DNA from: Octopus vulgaris
Lineage: Eukaryota
DNA: 64,000 nucleotides
Direction of reading: 5' to 3'
NCBI GenBank assembly: GCA_951406725.2
Contig: OX597834.1
Coordinates: 19,406,001 to 19,470,000 of the forward strand
This document shows, one piece after another, positions 26,251 to 39,904 of the stretch. Every line of letters begins with the position of its first letter. Positions within the stretch are counted from its first letter, which is position 1. Below the pieces are notes generated by a model. The model did no database searches, had not been told where the DNA came from, and worked only from the letters and a program-made list of their open reading frames with translations. Position numbers and translations under genes: made by a program.

Positions 26251-26254
26251 AGCA

Positions 26255-27850
26255 CATCATCAGTTATGATGATAAGGGTTACAGTTGAACAGCCTGCTCG
26301 TGAAATTTAAAATGGAAGTGACTGAGCACTCTACAGACATGGTACCTATTTCTTTACTACCCACAAGGAGCTAAACACAGAGAGGACAAACAAGGACAGA
26401 CAGACGGATTAAGTCCATTACATCGACCTCAGTGCGTAAATGGTACTTATTTAATCGACCCCGAAAGGATGAAAGGCAAAGTCGACCTCGGTGGAATTTG
26501 AACTCAGAACGTAACACCAGAGCAAATACCTATTTCTTTAATACCCACAACACAGAGAGGACAAACAAGGACAGACAAACAGATTAAGTCGATTATATCG
26601 ACCCCAGTGTGTAACTAGTACTTATTTAATCGACCCTGAAAGGATGAATAGCAAAGTCAACCTCAGGGGAATTTGAACTCAGAACGTAGCGGCAGATGAA
26701 ATACCTATTTCTTTACTACCCAAAAGGGGCTAAATACAGAGAGAACAAACAAGGACAGACAGACGGATTAAGTCCATTATATCGACCCCAGTACGTAACT
26801 GGTACTTATTTAATCAACCCCGAAAGGATGAAAGGCAAAGTCAACCTCGGTGGAATTTGAACTCAGAACGCAGCAGCAGATGAAATACCTATTTCTTTAC
26901 TACCCACAAGGGACTAAACACAGAGAGGAGAAACAAGGACAGACAAACAGATTAAGTCGATTATATCGACCCCAGTACGTAACTGGTACTTATTTAATCA
27001 ACCCCGAAAGGATGAAAGGCAAAGTCAACCTCGGTGGAATTTGAACTCAGAACGCAGCAGCAGACGAAATACCTATTTCTTTACTACCCACAAGGGACTA
27101 AACACAGAGAGGAGAAACAAGGACAGACAAACGGATTAAGTCGATTATATCGACCCCAGTACGTAACTGGTACTTATTTAATCAACCCCGAAAGGATGAA
27201 AGGCAAAGTCAACCTCGGTGGAATTTGAACTCAGAACGTAATGGCAGAGCTAATACCTATTTCTTTACTACCCACAACACAGAGAGGACAAACAAGGACA
27301 GACAAACAGATTAAGTCGATTATATCGACCCCAGTGCGTAACTGGTACTTATTTAATCGACTCCGAAAAGATGAAAGGCAAAGTCGACCTCGGCGGAATT
27401 TGAACTCAGAACGTAGCGGCAGACGAAATACCTATTTCTTTACTACCCACAAGGGGCTAAACACAGAGAGGACAAACGGATTAAGTCGATTATATCAACC
27501 CCAGTGCGTAACTAGTACTTATTTAATCAACCCCAAAAGGATAAAAGGCAAAGTTGACCTTGGCGGAATTTGAACTCAGAATGTAACAGCAAACGAAATA
27601 CTGCTGAGCATTTCGCCCGGTGTGCTAACGATTCTGCCAGCTCACCGTACCCTTAATGTAGTTCTCAAGGAGATTCAGCATAACACAGAGTGTTACAAGG
27701 CTGGCCCCTTTGAATTACAGGCATAGCTCCTTTTTGCCAGCTGAGTGGATGAGAGCAATGTGAAACAAGTGCCTTGCTCAAGGACACACTGTGCTACCAG
27801 GAATTCTTGGCCTTATGATCATGAACTGAATATCACTAAGCCACATGCTT
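26255..27850 (-). mobile_element. tRNA/CORE-type SINE split by the family B concatemer
   Basis: 26255-26342 and 27647-27850 join into a homologue of 4676-5285. Confidence 0.7.
26343..27646 (-). mobile_element. SINE family B heptamer (one head, seven ~175-185 bp bodies)
   Basis: TACCTATTTCTTTA unit ends at about 26343, 26527, 26702, 26886, 27070, 27255 and 27429; single head at 27600-27646. Confidence 0.9.
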
Positions 27851-27999
27851 TCACTAATGTAGTAAATGTGATATAATGCATTGCAGGTTGATCGGAGCCA
27901 TTTGTGTGAAACTTGGGAATTGGAAACTGTGTGGAAGCCATTACTTTGTTTTGCAAATGTTGAATTAAACTGGAATAATTGCACTGGTCTGGTAATTTG

Positions 28000-28355
28000 C
28001 TACATACACACGTGTACACTCACACTCACACATACAGATATACCTACACACGTAGGTGTATGTGCACACACACACACCTACGCACATAAGTGTATGCACA
28101 CACATGCACACACACACAGACACACCTACACACATAAGTGTATGCACACACATGCACACACAGACACACACCTACACACATAAGTGTATGTGCACACATG
28201 CACACACATACACACATGTACACACATAAGTGTATGCACACACACACACACACCTACACACATAGGTGTATGCGTACACACACACACACACACAGAGACA
28301 CACCTACACACGTAGGTGTATGCATGCACACACACACACACATACACACACACAA
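28000..28355. repeat. CA-rich minisatellite with CACCTACACACATAAGTGTATG units
   Basis: Direct reading. Confidence 0.85.
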
Positions 28356-28878
28356 AATGCCCAAGTGTGTATAACTACATATATGTTTTGTTGAGTTGTA
28401 TTTCTTTACATTAAGATAGAGCTTTGCAAACTTGAACAGAGACCAATAAACATGTAGGTGACCGGGGTTGATCTGTCCAACTAAAAAACACTTAAATCTG
28501 GAGCTCCAGCATGGCCACAGTCCAGTGACTGAAACCACTAAAAGTGTAATAAACTTGTTCATGAAATAGAGAAGAGTGAAGTTCAATTTAGACATGTTTG
28601 TTTTTTCTCTCTCTCTCTTATGCATCAGTCCACAAAACAATGAATAATAAATGTGATAATTAATCATTAATAGTCAACATGAAAGAGAACAGAGGAAGCG
28701 TGTTCTCTTGATCTAACAATTTATAAATATTTTTTTTAATTCATTGAACCATTCACCTCATTCTATAAGCACAAATTAATTTTGCCACCATCTACATTTT
28801 GACAACTTGTCACCACCTCTCTTTTTCCAGCTACACCCACCTTAAGATTATGTGAAGTAGTCATGTAACTCCTTTATA

Positions 28879-29296
28879 TATTTCTTTACTGCCCACAAGG
28901 GACTAAACATAGAGGGGACAAACAAGGACAGACAAAGGGATTGAGTCGATTACATCGACCCCAGTGTGAAACTGGCACTTTATTTAATCGACCCCGAAAG
29001 GATGAAAGGCAAAGTCGACCTCAGCTGAATTTGAACTCAGGACGTAACGACAGACGAAATACCTATTTCTTTACTACCCACAAGGGGCTAAACACAGAGA
29101 GGACAAACAAGGACAGACAAAGGGATTAAGTCGATTACATCGACCCCCAGTGTGAAACTGGTACTTTATTTAATCGACCCCGAAAGGATAAAAGGCAAAG
29201 TCGACCTCGGCGGAATTTGAACTCAGGACGTAACGACAGACGAAATACTGCTAAGCATTTCGCCCGGCATGCAAACGCTTCTGCCAGCTCGCCGCC
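28879..29296 (-). mobile_element. SINE family B dimer with 18-bp TSD
   Basis: TCATGTAACTCCTTTATA at 28861-28878 and 29300-29317. Confidence 0.9.
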
Positions 29297-29599
29297 ACCT
29301 CATGTAACTCCTTTATAGCAAGACACCTGTTTCTGCCCCTATATTATGTTTTAGCCTCTCAACAGGTCTTAATCTTCTAAGACCTGGACCCCTGTGTCTA
29401 ACTTTACCTTCCACCTGAACTCCTGTGCATAAAAAGAAAAAATAAAGTTGTATATACAGCTCAAAAGTAACAATTGCAGACAAATTAATCGACAGAATTA
29501 CAAAAAAGTTCAGGAGAATAACAATAAAAGACCCATCTTTCAACTACCGTATTTGTTCACCCAAATCGCTATATCCCTCATCACCATGGCCAGTTTGAT

Positions 29600-29815
29600 T
29601 GTCTGCATCACTCTCATTGCTGGCTTAACTGTAAACCCTTCATCCAAAGAATAAGCACCATCAATAATTTCCTGTACTGCACAGAATCTAGGTATTGCTT
29701 GTTTACAAGATGAAGTGCTGGGTTCATCACCAACTCATTTCATCACGAAAACTCGTATCTGTTTTCGATTAAAAACAAAAATAACCAACCATGAAGGCCA
29801 CCATTAACAATAAGT
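29600..29815 (-). pseudogene. Possible Tigger-like transposase relic
   Basis: Fragments HGWL, TRYEF, GDEPSTS..QA and QEIIDGAYSLDE resemble ASxGW..RY..GE..SAD..II..GY..Q. Confidence 0.3.
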
Positions 29816-29935
29816 CATAAACACATTTGACTACAAAGCAGCAACGTGATTGGTTATCTAAATTTCATCTTCTTTTTTTTTTACTATGTGTGATGTTTAT
29901 TACTGCTTTACCGGGACTCCAGCAGAGGAGACATT

Positions 29936-30440
29936 TAAACCCTTAAGCACTTAAATTAGCCAAAATATTCTATACGTTTTATGTTCAAACTGGCCAGAGC
30001 TAACCTCTCACACCTACCCTACAATGTCATTCTGAAAATAAGCAATCACATAGCTACAAGATCATCATCATCATCATCTTCATCATCGTTTAGCATCCGC
30101 TTTCCATGCTGGCATGGGTTGGACGGTTTGACTTTGAGCTGACCAGCTGGGAGCTGTCCAGACTCCAATTGTCTGTTGAGGCTTGGTTTCTATGGCTGGA
30201 TGCCCTTCCTAATGCCAACTGCTTAACCCTTTGGTGTTCGCATTATTCTGCCAAAATGAATCCTTTTTTATCCACTTTGTTTTGAACTAATCATGCCTTA
30301 TCTTGTAGCTATGAGATTTTGATGAGGTAGCTGTTAATTTTTAAAACGATATTGTAGGGTTGGTGTGAGAGACCAGATATGGCCAGTTTGAACATAAAAC
30401 AGGCAGAATACTTTTGGCCGTATATGGCCGGTTTAAATGC
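29936..30440. mobile_element. Two partial piggyBac-type MITE copies in inverted orientation (29936-30062, 30224-30440), interleaved with a family C element
   Basis: TTAACCCTTT start at 30224; 30300-30440 is reverse-complementary to 29940-30062. Confidence 0.6.
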
Positions 30441-31084
30441 CAACTGCTTAACAGAGTGTGCTGGGTGCTTTTTACATGCTACTGGCATGAGTGTGTTTAT
30501 GCCGCACTGGCACAAGAGCTTTATATGTGACACCAGCAAGGGTGCCTTTTATGTGGCACTGACACCTGAACGGATAGGCCTGTATGTGTGGTAGACAGTG
30601 GTTTTACTAAGCTTGACGCATTTGATCAAGTACAGCAAAATGCCACATCTCATTGCCCCTCGTCATTTCCTCAATGAAGCCCAGATTCCAAAGATCCTTT
30701 CTCGCCACTCTGTCCTATATTGTTCTGGGTCTATGACAGAATAATGTGAGTGCTAAAGGGGGTGGCTATCCCTGTTATAACAGAAACATAGCATAACAGG
30801 GTTAAGCCGCTTGCTTCTCTCTTTCAACTTTACTCTGTTGAAAAAGGGGGGTCTTTTTTTTTCTTTTATGGCTTTCTTAGTGATTTCACTAGTGCTGGGG
30901 ATACCAAAAACAGCACCCACTACACTCCTGAAATTGATTGGCATTAGGAAGGACATCCAGTCATGGATAGCCTGCAAAGTCAGATATTCAAGTATGATGC
31001 GGTACCCAACCCTATCACATCCTATTGAACCAGCCACCTCATATCAGCATCGAAGACAGACCTTAAATGATGATGGTACAGTCC

Positions 31085-31603
31085 ATTCCTTCCTTCCTTC
31101 CTCCTTTCTTCCTTCCTCCCTCCTTTCATTTCTTTGTTTCTTCTTCCCTCCTTTTCTTTCTCCCTCCTACCTTCACCTTCTTTCTTTCTTTCTCCTTCCT
31201 TCCTCCCTCCCTTTCTTCCTTCTTTTTATCCTTTCTTTTTCTTTCTTTGTTCCTTCCCTCCTTCCTTTCATTTCTTCCTCCTTTTCTTTCTCCCTCCTAC
31301 CTTCACCTTCTTTCTTTCTTTCTCTTTCCTTCCTCCCTCCCTTTCTTCCTTCCTCTTATCCTTTCTTTTTCTTTCTTTTTTCCTTCCCTCCTTCCTTTTA
31401 TTTCTTTCTCCTTTTCTTTCTCCCTCTTGCCTTCAACTTCTTTCTTTCTTTCCTTCTTTCCCCTTCCTTCCTCTCTCCCTTTCTTCCTTCCTTTTATCCT
31501 TTCTTTTTCTTTCTTTTTTCCTTCCCTCCTTCCATTTGTTTCTTCCTCTTTTTCTTTCTCCCTCTTGCCTTCAACTTCTTTCTTTCTCCTTCCTTCCTTC
31601 CTT
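31085..31603. repeat. Polypyrimidine tract with ~115-135 bp higher-order repeats
   Basis: CTTTCTCCCTCCTACCTTCACCTTCTTTC block recurs four times. Confidence 0.85.
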
Positions 31604-32025
31604 TAAACAAAATTTGATATTTAAATAAAGCTACACTCACTATGCAAACATTAATCTTAAATCAAAATAAGCTTCCAGTACATTCCACAGATCGGTTTGA
31701 TTAGCTTTACAATAATCTCCCCATATTAAATACACCTGCACTAAATTAACTGTTAACTTTTCATGCAGATGGCGTCCATGAGTAAATTTATTCTCCGTCT
31801 GTTTCAGTGTCTACAAAGGCAGATGTGTCGATGTAGCTATGTCACTTAATTTACTTCACTAATGCCCTGTGGCAGAGCAAGTGCGACTGTCACAATTCTC
31901 ATTTCCTCTCCTTGATAACTTGTTAGGCTTCACACAATAGGAAGCTGCTACAGCATAGGTTTTAGGAGACCGGATGACATGCTATGACCAGAGAGAAATA
32001 TGGAATATGTAAGAAATGTAATGCA

Positions 32026-32066
<41 letters not shown>

Positions 32067-32271
32067 CAATAATAATAATATTAGGGAGTAAATCCAATAT
32101 ATATATATGTATAAGTTTGTATGTATATGCATGTATATATGTATATATATATATATGTATGTATATGTTTGTATGTATATTCATGTAATATATATGTACA
32201 TATGCATATATGTATGTATGCATATATATATATATATATAAATGTGTATATATATATATACACACATGTAT

Positions 32272-32312
<41 letters not shown>

Positions 32313-32360
32313 TAAACATTTATATATATGAATATACACACATGTAGATATATATATATG

Positions 32361-32397
<37 letters not shown>

Positions 32398-32475
32398 CAA
32401 ACATATTTATATATATAATATATATATATATGATATATATTTATACATACACATACACACATATTTATATATATA

Positions 32476-32506
<31 letters not shown>

Positions 32507-32923
32507 AATACATTTATATATACACATGTATATATGTGTATATGCACACATATGCCCTCCCTACACACACACACACACATGCACAAAAACATACATTTGT
32601 ACCTGTATTTGTAGATAAGCTATTTTAGCTGTAATTGTTTAGTGATGCTCTAATAAACGACAAACATTTCAAACACTGGTTATATTTCCACTGCAATTAC
32701 ATCCGCGTCATGAACTGCATATGTACCGCTACAAGGGATGCTGATGCCATACGGACACTTATTAACAGAAAGATCTGCTCAAATATATTTATATATACCT
32801 GGCAAACAGGGAACTCTGAGTAACATTTTTTGTGATAAATTTTTCATCTTTAATAAGAGACATATTACTCTACCTTTGGTATTCGAGTACTATTTTTTCC
32901 GCCTTGTTTTACACTTATGTGCT

Positions 32924-33021
<98 letters not shown>

Positions 33022-34092
33022 TTTGTGTGTGTGTTTATAAACTGAAATCTACGATGCCATATTACTGAGGAATATGGTTTTAGTCTTTTGTCTTTGGCAT
33101 TGCTTGAGCTCCACCATGAAGGGCTTCAGTCAATCAAATAAACCCCAGTATTTCTTTTATTGTAAGACTTTTACTTAATCTATCAGTGTTTTTTTTTTGT
33201 TCAACCACTAAGTTACGGGAGCCTAAAGAAATCTATGGTAGTTGTTAAGTGGTGAGAGGCAAATGCACACATAACACACACCTACACCAGTTTCTGACAC
33301 ATGCACATGCATGCACACACACACACATAGACACACACCACAGATGCACACATAAACTCAGACAAACACTCACACACAACCCACAAATTCACACACACAC
33401 ATATATTTGGGTAAAAGCCACACAACTAACAGAAGTAAAATTTGAGGCAAACACCAAACAAACAAACAAAATATACTGTGATGAGTTATTCAAGCAAAAG
33501 CACATATAGAAAAGTGTAGAAAAATAAAGTGGAAAAAGCAACAACCAAAGAAGTGTACAATGAAAGTCAATATGCCAGGAGAAAAAAACAAGATAAATTT
33601 TTTGTTGCAAGGGATACCTTTTTATCAAAGAGAAGATAAAAGAAGAGCAAAAAGAATTGAGAGACAGAAAGAAGAGAAAAATGTATGATAGCAAAAAAGA
33701 TATCTGCCTACTTGCAGGTCATCGGTAGATATGTGTGCACATGCATGCTTGCACATGTATATGTCAGCATGAGTGTTTACATTGTGTGCTTTGCCTGAAA
33801 AACCACTGAATGACAGACAGTGACGATTCTTGACATTTCTCTGTCAACAAATCATGAAGTAATTCTGCAATTTTGAAGATAAATGGAATGAGGAAACTTC
33901 CTTAAATGCTTACCTGAAAAGCAGGTAAGCATTAGCATCAAGAAGTGTATCTGGTGGTGAAATATATACCTCAGTGATGTGCATTCATCTAACTCATGGT
34001 AGTTAGGGAAAAGCATGTAAAACTGGTGAGTGTGTGTATGTATGTATGTGGGTCTCTCATCCCTCTCTCTCTCTCTCTCTCTAATTTATGAT

Positions 34093-34294
34093 ATGGTAAT
34101 CCCTCAACTATCGTGGGTGTCACATTCCCCCCCTCCATGATAGGTGAAAATCTGGGAAGTAGAAACAGTACTGTATTTTTAAAAATTATTTTTACAATTT
34201 GTATGTATTTATTTTATTATAAATACAAGACAAAACGAGAGAGGAATCGACGTAAACTTAAATAATAAACTGTGTTATGGCAAGGGATTACTGT

Positions 34295-34295
<1 letters not shown>
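34093..34295. mobile_element. Tigger-like MITE
   Basis: TATGGTAATCCCT ... AGGGATTACTGTA inverted ends with TA flanks. Confidence 0.55.
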
Positions 34296-34354
<59 letters not shown>

Positions 34355-34812
34355 GTTTAGCGTCCGCTTTCCATGCTAGCATGGGTTGGACAATATATAT
34401 ATATATTTATATATATATATATATATATATACAGATATAGATATAGATGGAATAAAAACGCAATAGAGGACAATAAAACATTCAGACAGATGGCCACACA
34501 AGATATCTAATCAATACACCACACCAAAACTGTAATTACAGTTTCAGAAATTGATAAAATGATAAAATTAATTGATTTACGTGGAATTGAACCATTGCCC
34601 ATCTGATTCTCAACTTTGACCTGCAACTAATATCAGAGGCATTGCTGCTTTGACTCAATTTTGATAAAACCTCCAACTCCTTTGTTTGAAATTAATTTTG
34701 TATCATTAACATTAAGCATCACCTTAATAAAACCCTTGTATTTTCTTGTATCCCATTTATGACCTTAACATTAAATAGTTAGGGCTCAAAATTAAAGCCA
34801 ATTTTTGTTCTA

Positions 34813-35240
34813 CATAAAAACACCATCCGAGCGTGGCCGTCTGCCAGCCTCGTCTGGCACCTGTGTCGGTGGCACATAAAAACACCATCCGAGCGTGGCC
34901 GTCTGCCAGCCTCGTCTGGCACCTGTGTCGGTGGCACATAAAAACACCATCCGAGCGTGGCCGTCTGCCAGCCTCGTCTGGCACCTGTGTCGGTGGCACA
35001 TAAAAACACCATCCGAGTGTGGCCGTTCGCCAGCCTCGTCTGGCACCTGTGTCGGTGGCACATAAAATCACCCACTACACTCTCGGAGTGGTTGGCGTTA
35101 GGAAGGGCATCCAGCTGTAGAAACACTGCCAGATCTGACTGGCCTGGTGCAGCCTTCGGGCTCCCCAGACCCCAGTTGAACCGTCCAACCCATGCTAACA
35201 TGGAAAGCGGACGTTAAACGATGATGATGATGATGATGAT
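34813..35240 (+). mobile_element. Family C element with four near-identical 62-bp 5' tandem repeats
   Basis: Units start at 34813, 34875, 34937 and 34999; tail 35061-35240 ends in (GAT)n. Confidence 0.9.
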
Positions 35241-35972
35241 TTTTTCTTATATTTTCTTTACCTCCAAGCTTCTATTTCTTCATTTCTCACCAAAATATCC
35301 AAAATATGAAAAAGATACTGTAAGACGTGTCAGCAACTGTTGTTTCATCCAGCCTCCAAATCATATTTTGTTATTCAGAAACCATACACGGACACGTATT
35401 TATTATGCGAATCTGACGAAGCATTGTATCGTATACCTTACCTCTCCATGATTGAATTAGGTACAGAGCTGAAGTTGGAAATAAGGAATCTTCACAATAA
35501 TTGTGAGCATGTATATTAAATTGGCCAGGAAATGGCTTCAATGCTGATTATATTGCTTTAACTATTGGAAAGGCATAAATCTTGATATTTCTTATCTCCC
35601 TGAATAACTAATGTGATTCTGGTCATCACCTCTGGTATGTGTATGTGCATATGTGTTTATCTGCATGTGTGTGTGTGTGTGTGTGTGTGTGAGTGTGGCA
35701 AGGTAGGGTTGTGGAGATTTTCCTATCGTAATAACAGTCGGATTTTGTTTAGTTTCATTCAATTTGGATTGATTCGCTTTCATCTTCTGGAATTAGCATA
35801 TCGTATAAAATTTTCCTTCTTGGATAAGATGGCTAATAACAGTAGGGGAAGAGAAGAAAAGTAAATTTGTTAATTTTAATTTAGATATGTATAATGTACT
35901 TATATAATCTATCTGTCTATCTATTAATTGATCAACTTCAATCTCTGTTTCAATCTCTGTTTCTCTCTCCCT

Positions 35973-36042
<70 letters not shown>

Positions 36043-36051
36043 TATAGATAT

Positions 36052-36129
<78 letters not shown>

Positions 36130-36359
36130 TAAATTAGAGATAAAACCACTATTTGGCAAATCAAACAGTGAAAAACATAAACCAAAGACATAAAAATAAA
36201 AATAATTAATATAATTAACAAAATATATAAAATTATGATTATTTAAATTTAAAATTATTAATTTATATTTATAATTAAAAAAATTTTTTTGTTGTAAGTT
36301 ATATATAACTATCAAAAAGTATTAAAAAGTATATTATAAGATAAGTAAAACCACTACGT

Positions 36360-36364
36360 ACATG

Positions 36365-36400
<36 letters not shown>

Positions 36401-36452
36401 TGTATGTATGTATGTATGTATGTATGTATGTATGTATGTATGTATGTATGTA

Positions 36453-36499
<47 letters not shown>

Positions 36500-36551
36500 A
36501 TGTGTGTGTGTGTGTGTGTGTGTATGTATATATGTATGTATGTATATATGT

Positions 36552-36591
<40 letters not shown>

Positions 36592-36770
36592 CTTCATCCC
36601 CACCAACCATCGCTTGACAACTGATGTTGGTGTCTTTACATCCCTGTAACTTAGCAGTTTGGCAAAAAAAGACTGATAGAATAAGTACTAGGCTTACAAA
36701 GAATAAGTCTTGGGGTCAATTTGTTCAACTAAAGGTGGTGCTCCAGTATGGCTGCAGTCAAATGACTCTG
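36360..36770 (+). mobile_element. Expanded (TATG)n/(TG)n followed by the 3' half of a family A SINE
   Basis: 36590-36770 matches 660-835. Confidence 0.75.
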
Positions 36771-36784
36771 TGTGTGTACATGTG

Positions 36785-36819
<35 letters not shown>

Positions 36820-37049
36820 ATATATATATATATGTGCAGGTGTGACTGTGTGGTAAGTATATATATTCTCTGTCTGTCTGGGCAAAGTAAACATTAGAAT
36901 GATGATGATGATGTGATAGACAGATAGATATACAAATATATGTAAGCATATATATAAATATATGTTTTCAAATGCAAATATATTCATATACTCCATTCAT
37001 CATATATATATCTCTTTCTCTCTTTTCCTCCTTCCCCCCTCTCTCTCTC

Positions 37050-37223
37050 TCTTAGCGGTATTTCATCTGTCACTACATTCTGAGTTCAAATTCTGCCAAG
37101 GTTGACTTTGCCTTTCATCCTTTCGGGGCCGATGAAATAAGTACCAGTTATGTATTGGGGTCAATGTAATCGACTTAATTCCTTCCTCCAAATTTGAGAC
37201 CTTGGCTTCCAGTAGAAAGGATT

Positions 37224-37225
<2 letters not shown>
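37050..37225 (+). mobile_element. SINE family B variant, 5'-truncated
   Basis: B box and Meta-like body. Confidence 0.75.
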
Positions 37226-37263
<38 letters not shown>

Positions 37264-37277
37264 GGTATGTGTAATCT

Positions 37278-37493
37278 TTAACTCTCTTTTACTCTTTAAT
37301 TTGTTTCAGTCATTTGACTGCGGCCATGCTGGAGCACCACCTTTAATCGAGCAACTCGACCCCGGCACTTATTCTTTTGTAAGCCCAGTACTTATTCTAT
37401 CGGTCTGTTTTGCTGAACCGCTAAGTGACGGGGACATAAACACACCAGCATCGGTTGTCAAGCAATGCTAGGGGGACAAACACAGACACTCAA

Positions 37494-37544
<51 letters not shown>

Positions 37545-37710
37545 TATATACGACGGGCTTCTTTCAGTTTCCATCTACCAAATCCACTCACAAAGCTTTG
37601 GTCGGCCCGAGGCTATAGTAGAAGACACTTGCCCAAGGTGCCATGCAGTGGGACTGAACCCGGAACCATGTGGTTGGTAAACAAGCTACTTACCACACAG
37701 CCACTCCTGT
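37278..37710 (-). mobile_element. SINE family A
   Basis: Reverse complement of 449-860. Confidence 0.85.
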
Positions 37711-37924
37711 GTATGCGTATTTGTAATTTTTAGTTGTAAATTACTTACATTGTTGATTGTGTATGTTTGAGGTAGTTAGGATTGCCAGAAGGCCAGGTTA
37801 GATAATAAATAAAGGTACAGAGTAATTTGCAGGTCTTTGAGAAAGAAGGAAAGAAAGGAAGGAGGAAGAGGAGGTGAAGGAAGGGGGAAAATGTGAATGA
37901 TAGAAGAGGACTATCTTGGTAGAT

Positions 37925-38840
37925 TAGATTGTTTGCTTTTGTGTGTGTCTGCGTGGGGGGTAGTGCCTGCATATTTATGCCTCTTTGTGTGTGTGCATGT
38001 GTGTGTGTGCGTGTGTGTGTGTGTTTGTGTGTGTGCACGTGTGTGTGCGTGAGTGTGTGTGTGCGTGTGTGTGTGCGTGTGTGCCTGTGTGTGTACGTGT
38101 CTGTGTGTGTGCATGTGTGTGTGTGCGTGTGTGTGTGCGAGTGTGTGTGCGTGTGTGCGTGTGTGTGTGTGTGTGCATGCCTGTGTGTTTGCCTTTGTGC
38201 ATGTTTGTTCCTTTTCATGTGTGTGATGTGTGTAGCTGGACATTTAGGTGTATGTGTGTATATATTCCTCTGTATTTGTGCATCTGCATGTGCCTGTGCA
38301 TGAGCCTGTGTGTTTGCCTCTGCGGGTGCGCGTGTGTGTACGTGTTTGCATATGCATGTGTATTCTAGTGCGTTTGAGCTTCTTTGTGTGTGCGTGTATG
38401 CTTGGGAATTTTCCGTTGCAAGTGAATGTCCGTGTGTGTTTGTGTCTCTTTGTGTATGTGCATGTGTGTGCATGCATGTGCACCTGTGTTGCAGTGTTTG
38501 CCGCCGTGTGTGTATGCCCCAGTGTGTTTCCGCCTCTGTATGTGTGTGTATGCGTTTGTGTGTGTGGCCGTGTTTGCATGTCCTTGTGTGTGTGTGTATG
38601 CCTTTTTGTATGTTGTGCGTATGTCTTCATGTGTCTGTTCTCCTGGATGTGCATGCATTTCTGTGTGTGTGTGTGTATTTCAGAAGGAAAAACATGGCAA
38701 TCATGCAGATCACATGTGCACTGCCCTGGACTCTACGTAAGTGTGCACATATGTATGTATGTATGTAATGTAATGTATGTATGTAAGTATGTATGTATGT
38801 ATGTATGTATGTATGCATGTATGCATGCATGTATGTAATG

Positions 38841-38903
<63 letters not shown>

Positions 38904-39225
38904 TGTATGTATGCATGCATGTATGTATGCATGTATGTATGTATGTATGTATGTATGTATGTATGTATGCATGTATGTATGCATATATGCATGCATATAT
39001 GTATGTATAAATGTATGTATGTATTATGTATGTATGTATGTATGCATGTATGTATGTATGCATGCATGTATGTATGCATGTATGCATGTATGTATGTATT
39101 TATGTATGCATGCATGCATGTATGTATGTATGTATGCATGTATGTATGCATGTATGTATGCATGTATGTATGTATGCATGCATGTATGCATATATGTATG
39201 TATGTAATGTATGTATGTATGTATG

Positions 39226-39259
<34 letters not shown>

Positions 39260-39428
39260 TGTATGTATGTATGTATGCATGTATACATGTATGTATATAT
39301 GTATGTATGTATGCATGTATGTATGCATGTATGCATGCATATATGTATGCATATATGTATGTATATATGTATGTATTATGTATGTATGATGTATGTATGT
39401 ATGTATTATGTATGTATGTATGTATGTG
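37925..39428. repeat. Degenerate (TG)n field followed by (TATG/CATG)n field
   Basis: Direct reading. Confidence 0.9.
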
Positions 39429-39904
39429 AGAGGAAAAAAGAGAGAGAAAGAGAGGGAGAGAAAGTTTCACATAGAGAGAGGAAGAAAGAAAGAGAAAAAT
39501 ATTTATCCATACACACATCATCTACTAAAGCACACATACACACAGACACCTGCACATACACACACACATACACATACGCAGAGTCTCACTCAAAAGCACA
39601 CATGCACACATATACACACTTAAAGATGTATAATTCAATTTCACATTGTTTTGGACAGGTCATGTTAAGTCAGATAACAAACTAGTTAGAGAACGCTTTG
39701 TGCGAGAGCAGAGTGACTGACCAGATTTTGCTATGGTTCAACTACCTATCTGGCTGAATGGTTCCAGTTGATAGCTCTGTCTTCCATTGATTACCGACAA
39801 TGATTTGATTGTTAATATTTTGATATCATCATAAATCCGAGAAATCATTTTCATAATTGTATAGGATCTTCATTTTGAAATATCTTTCGCAAAACATTAT
39901 TAAC

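Noticed and set aside
34813-35070. CRISPR-like or twister/HDV ribozyme array
   Set aside because: No unique spacers; I could not map the units onto twister or HDV-like consensus folds
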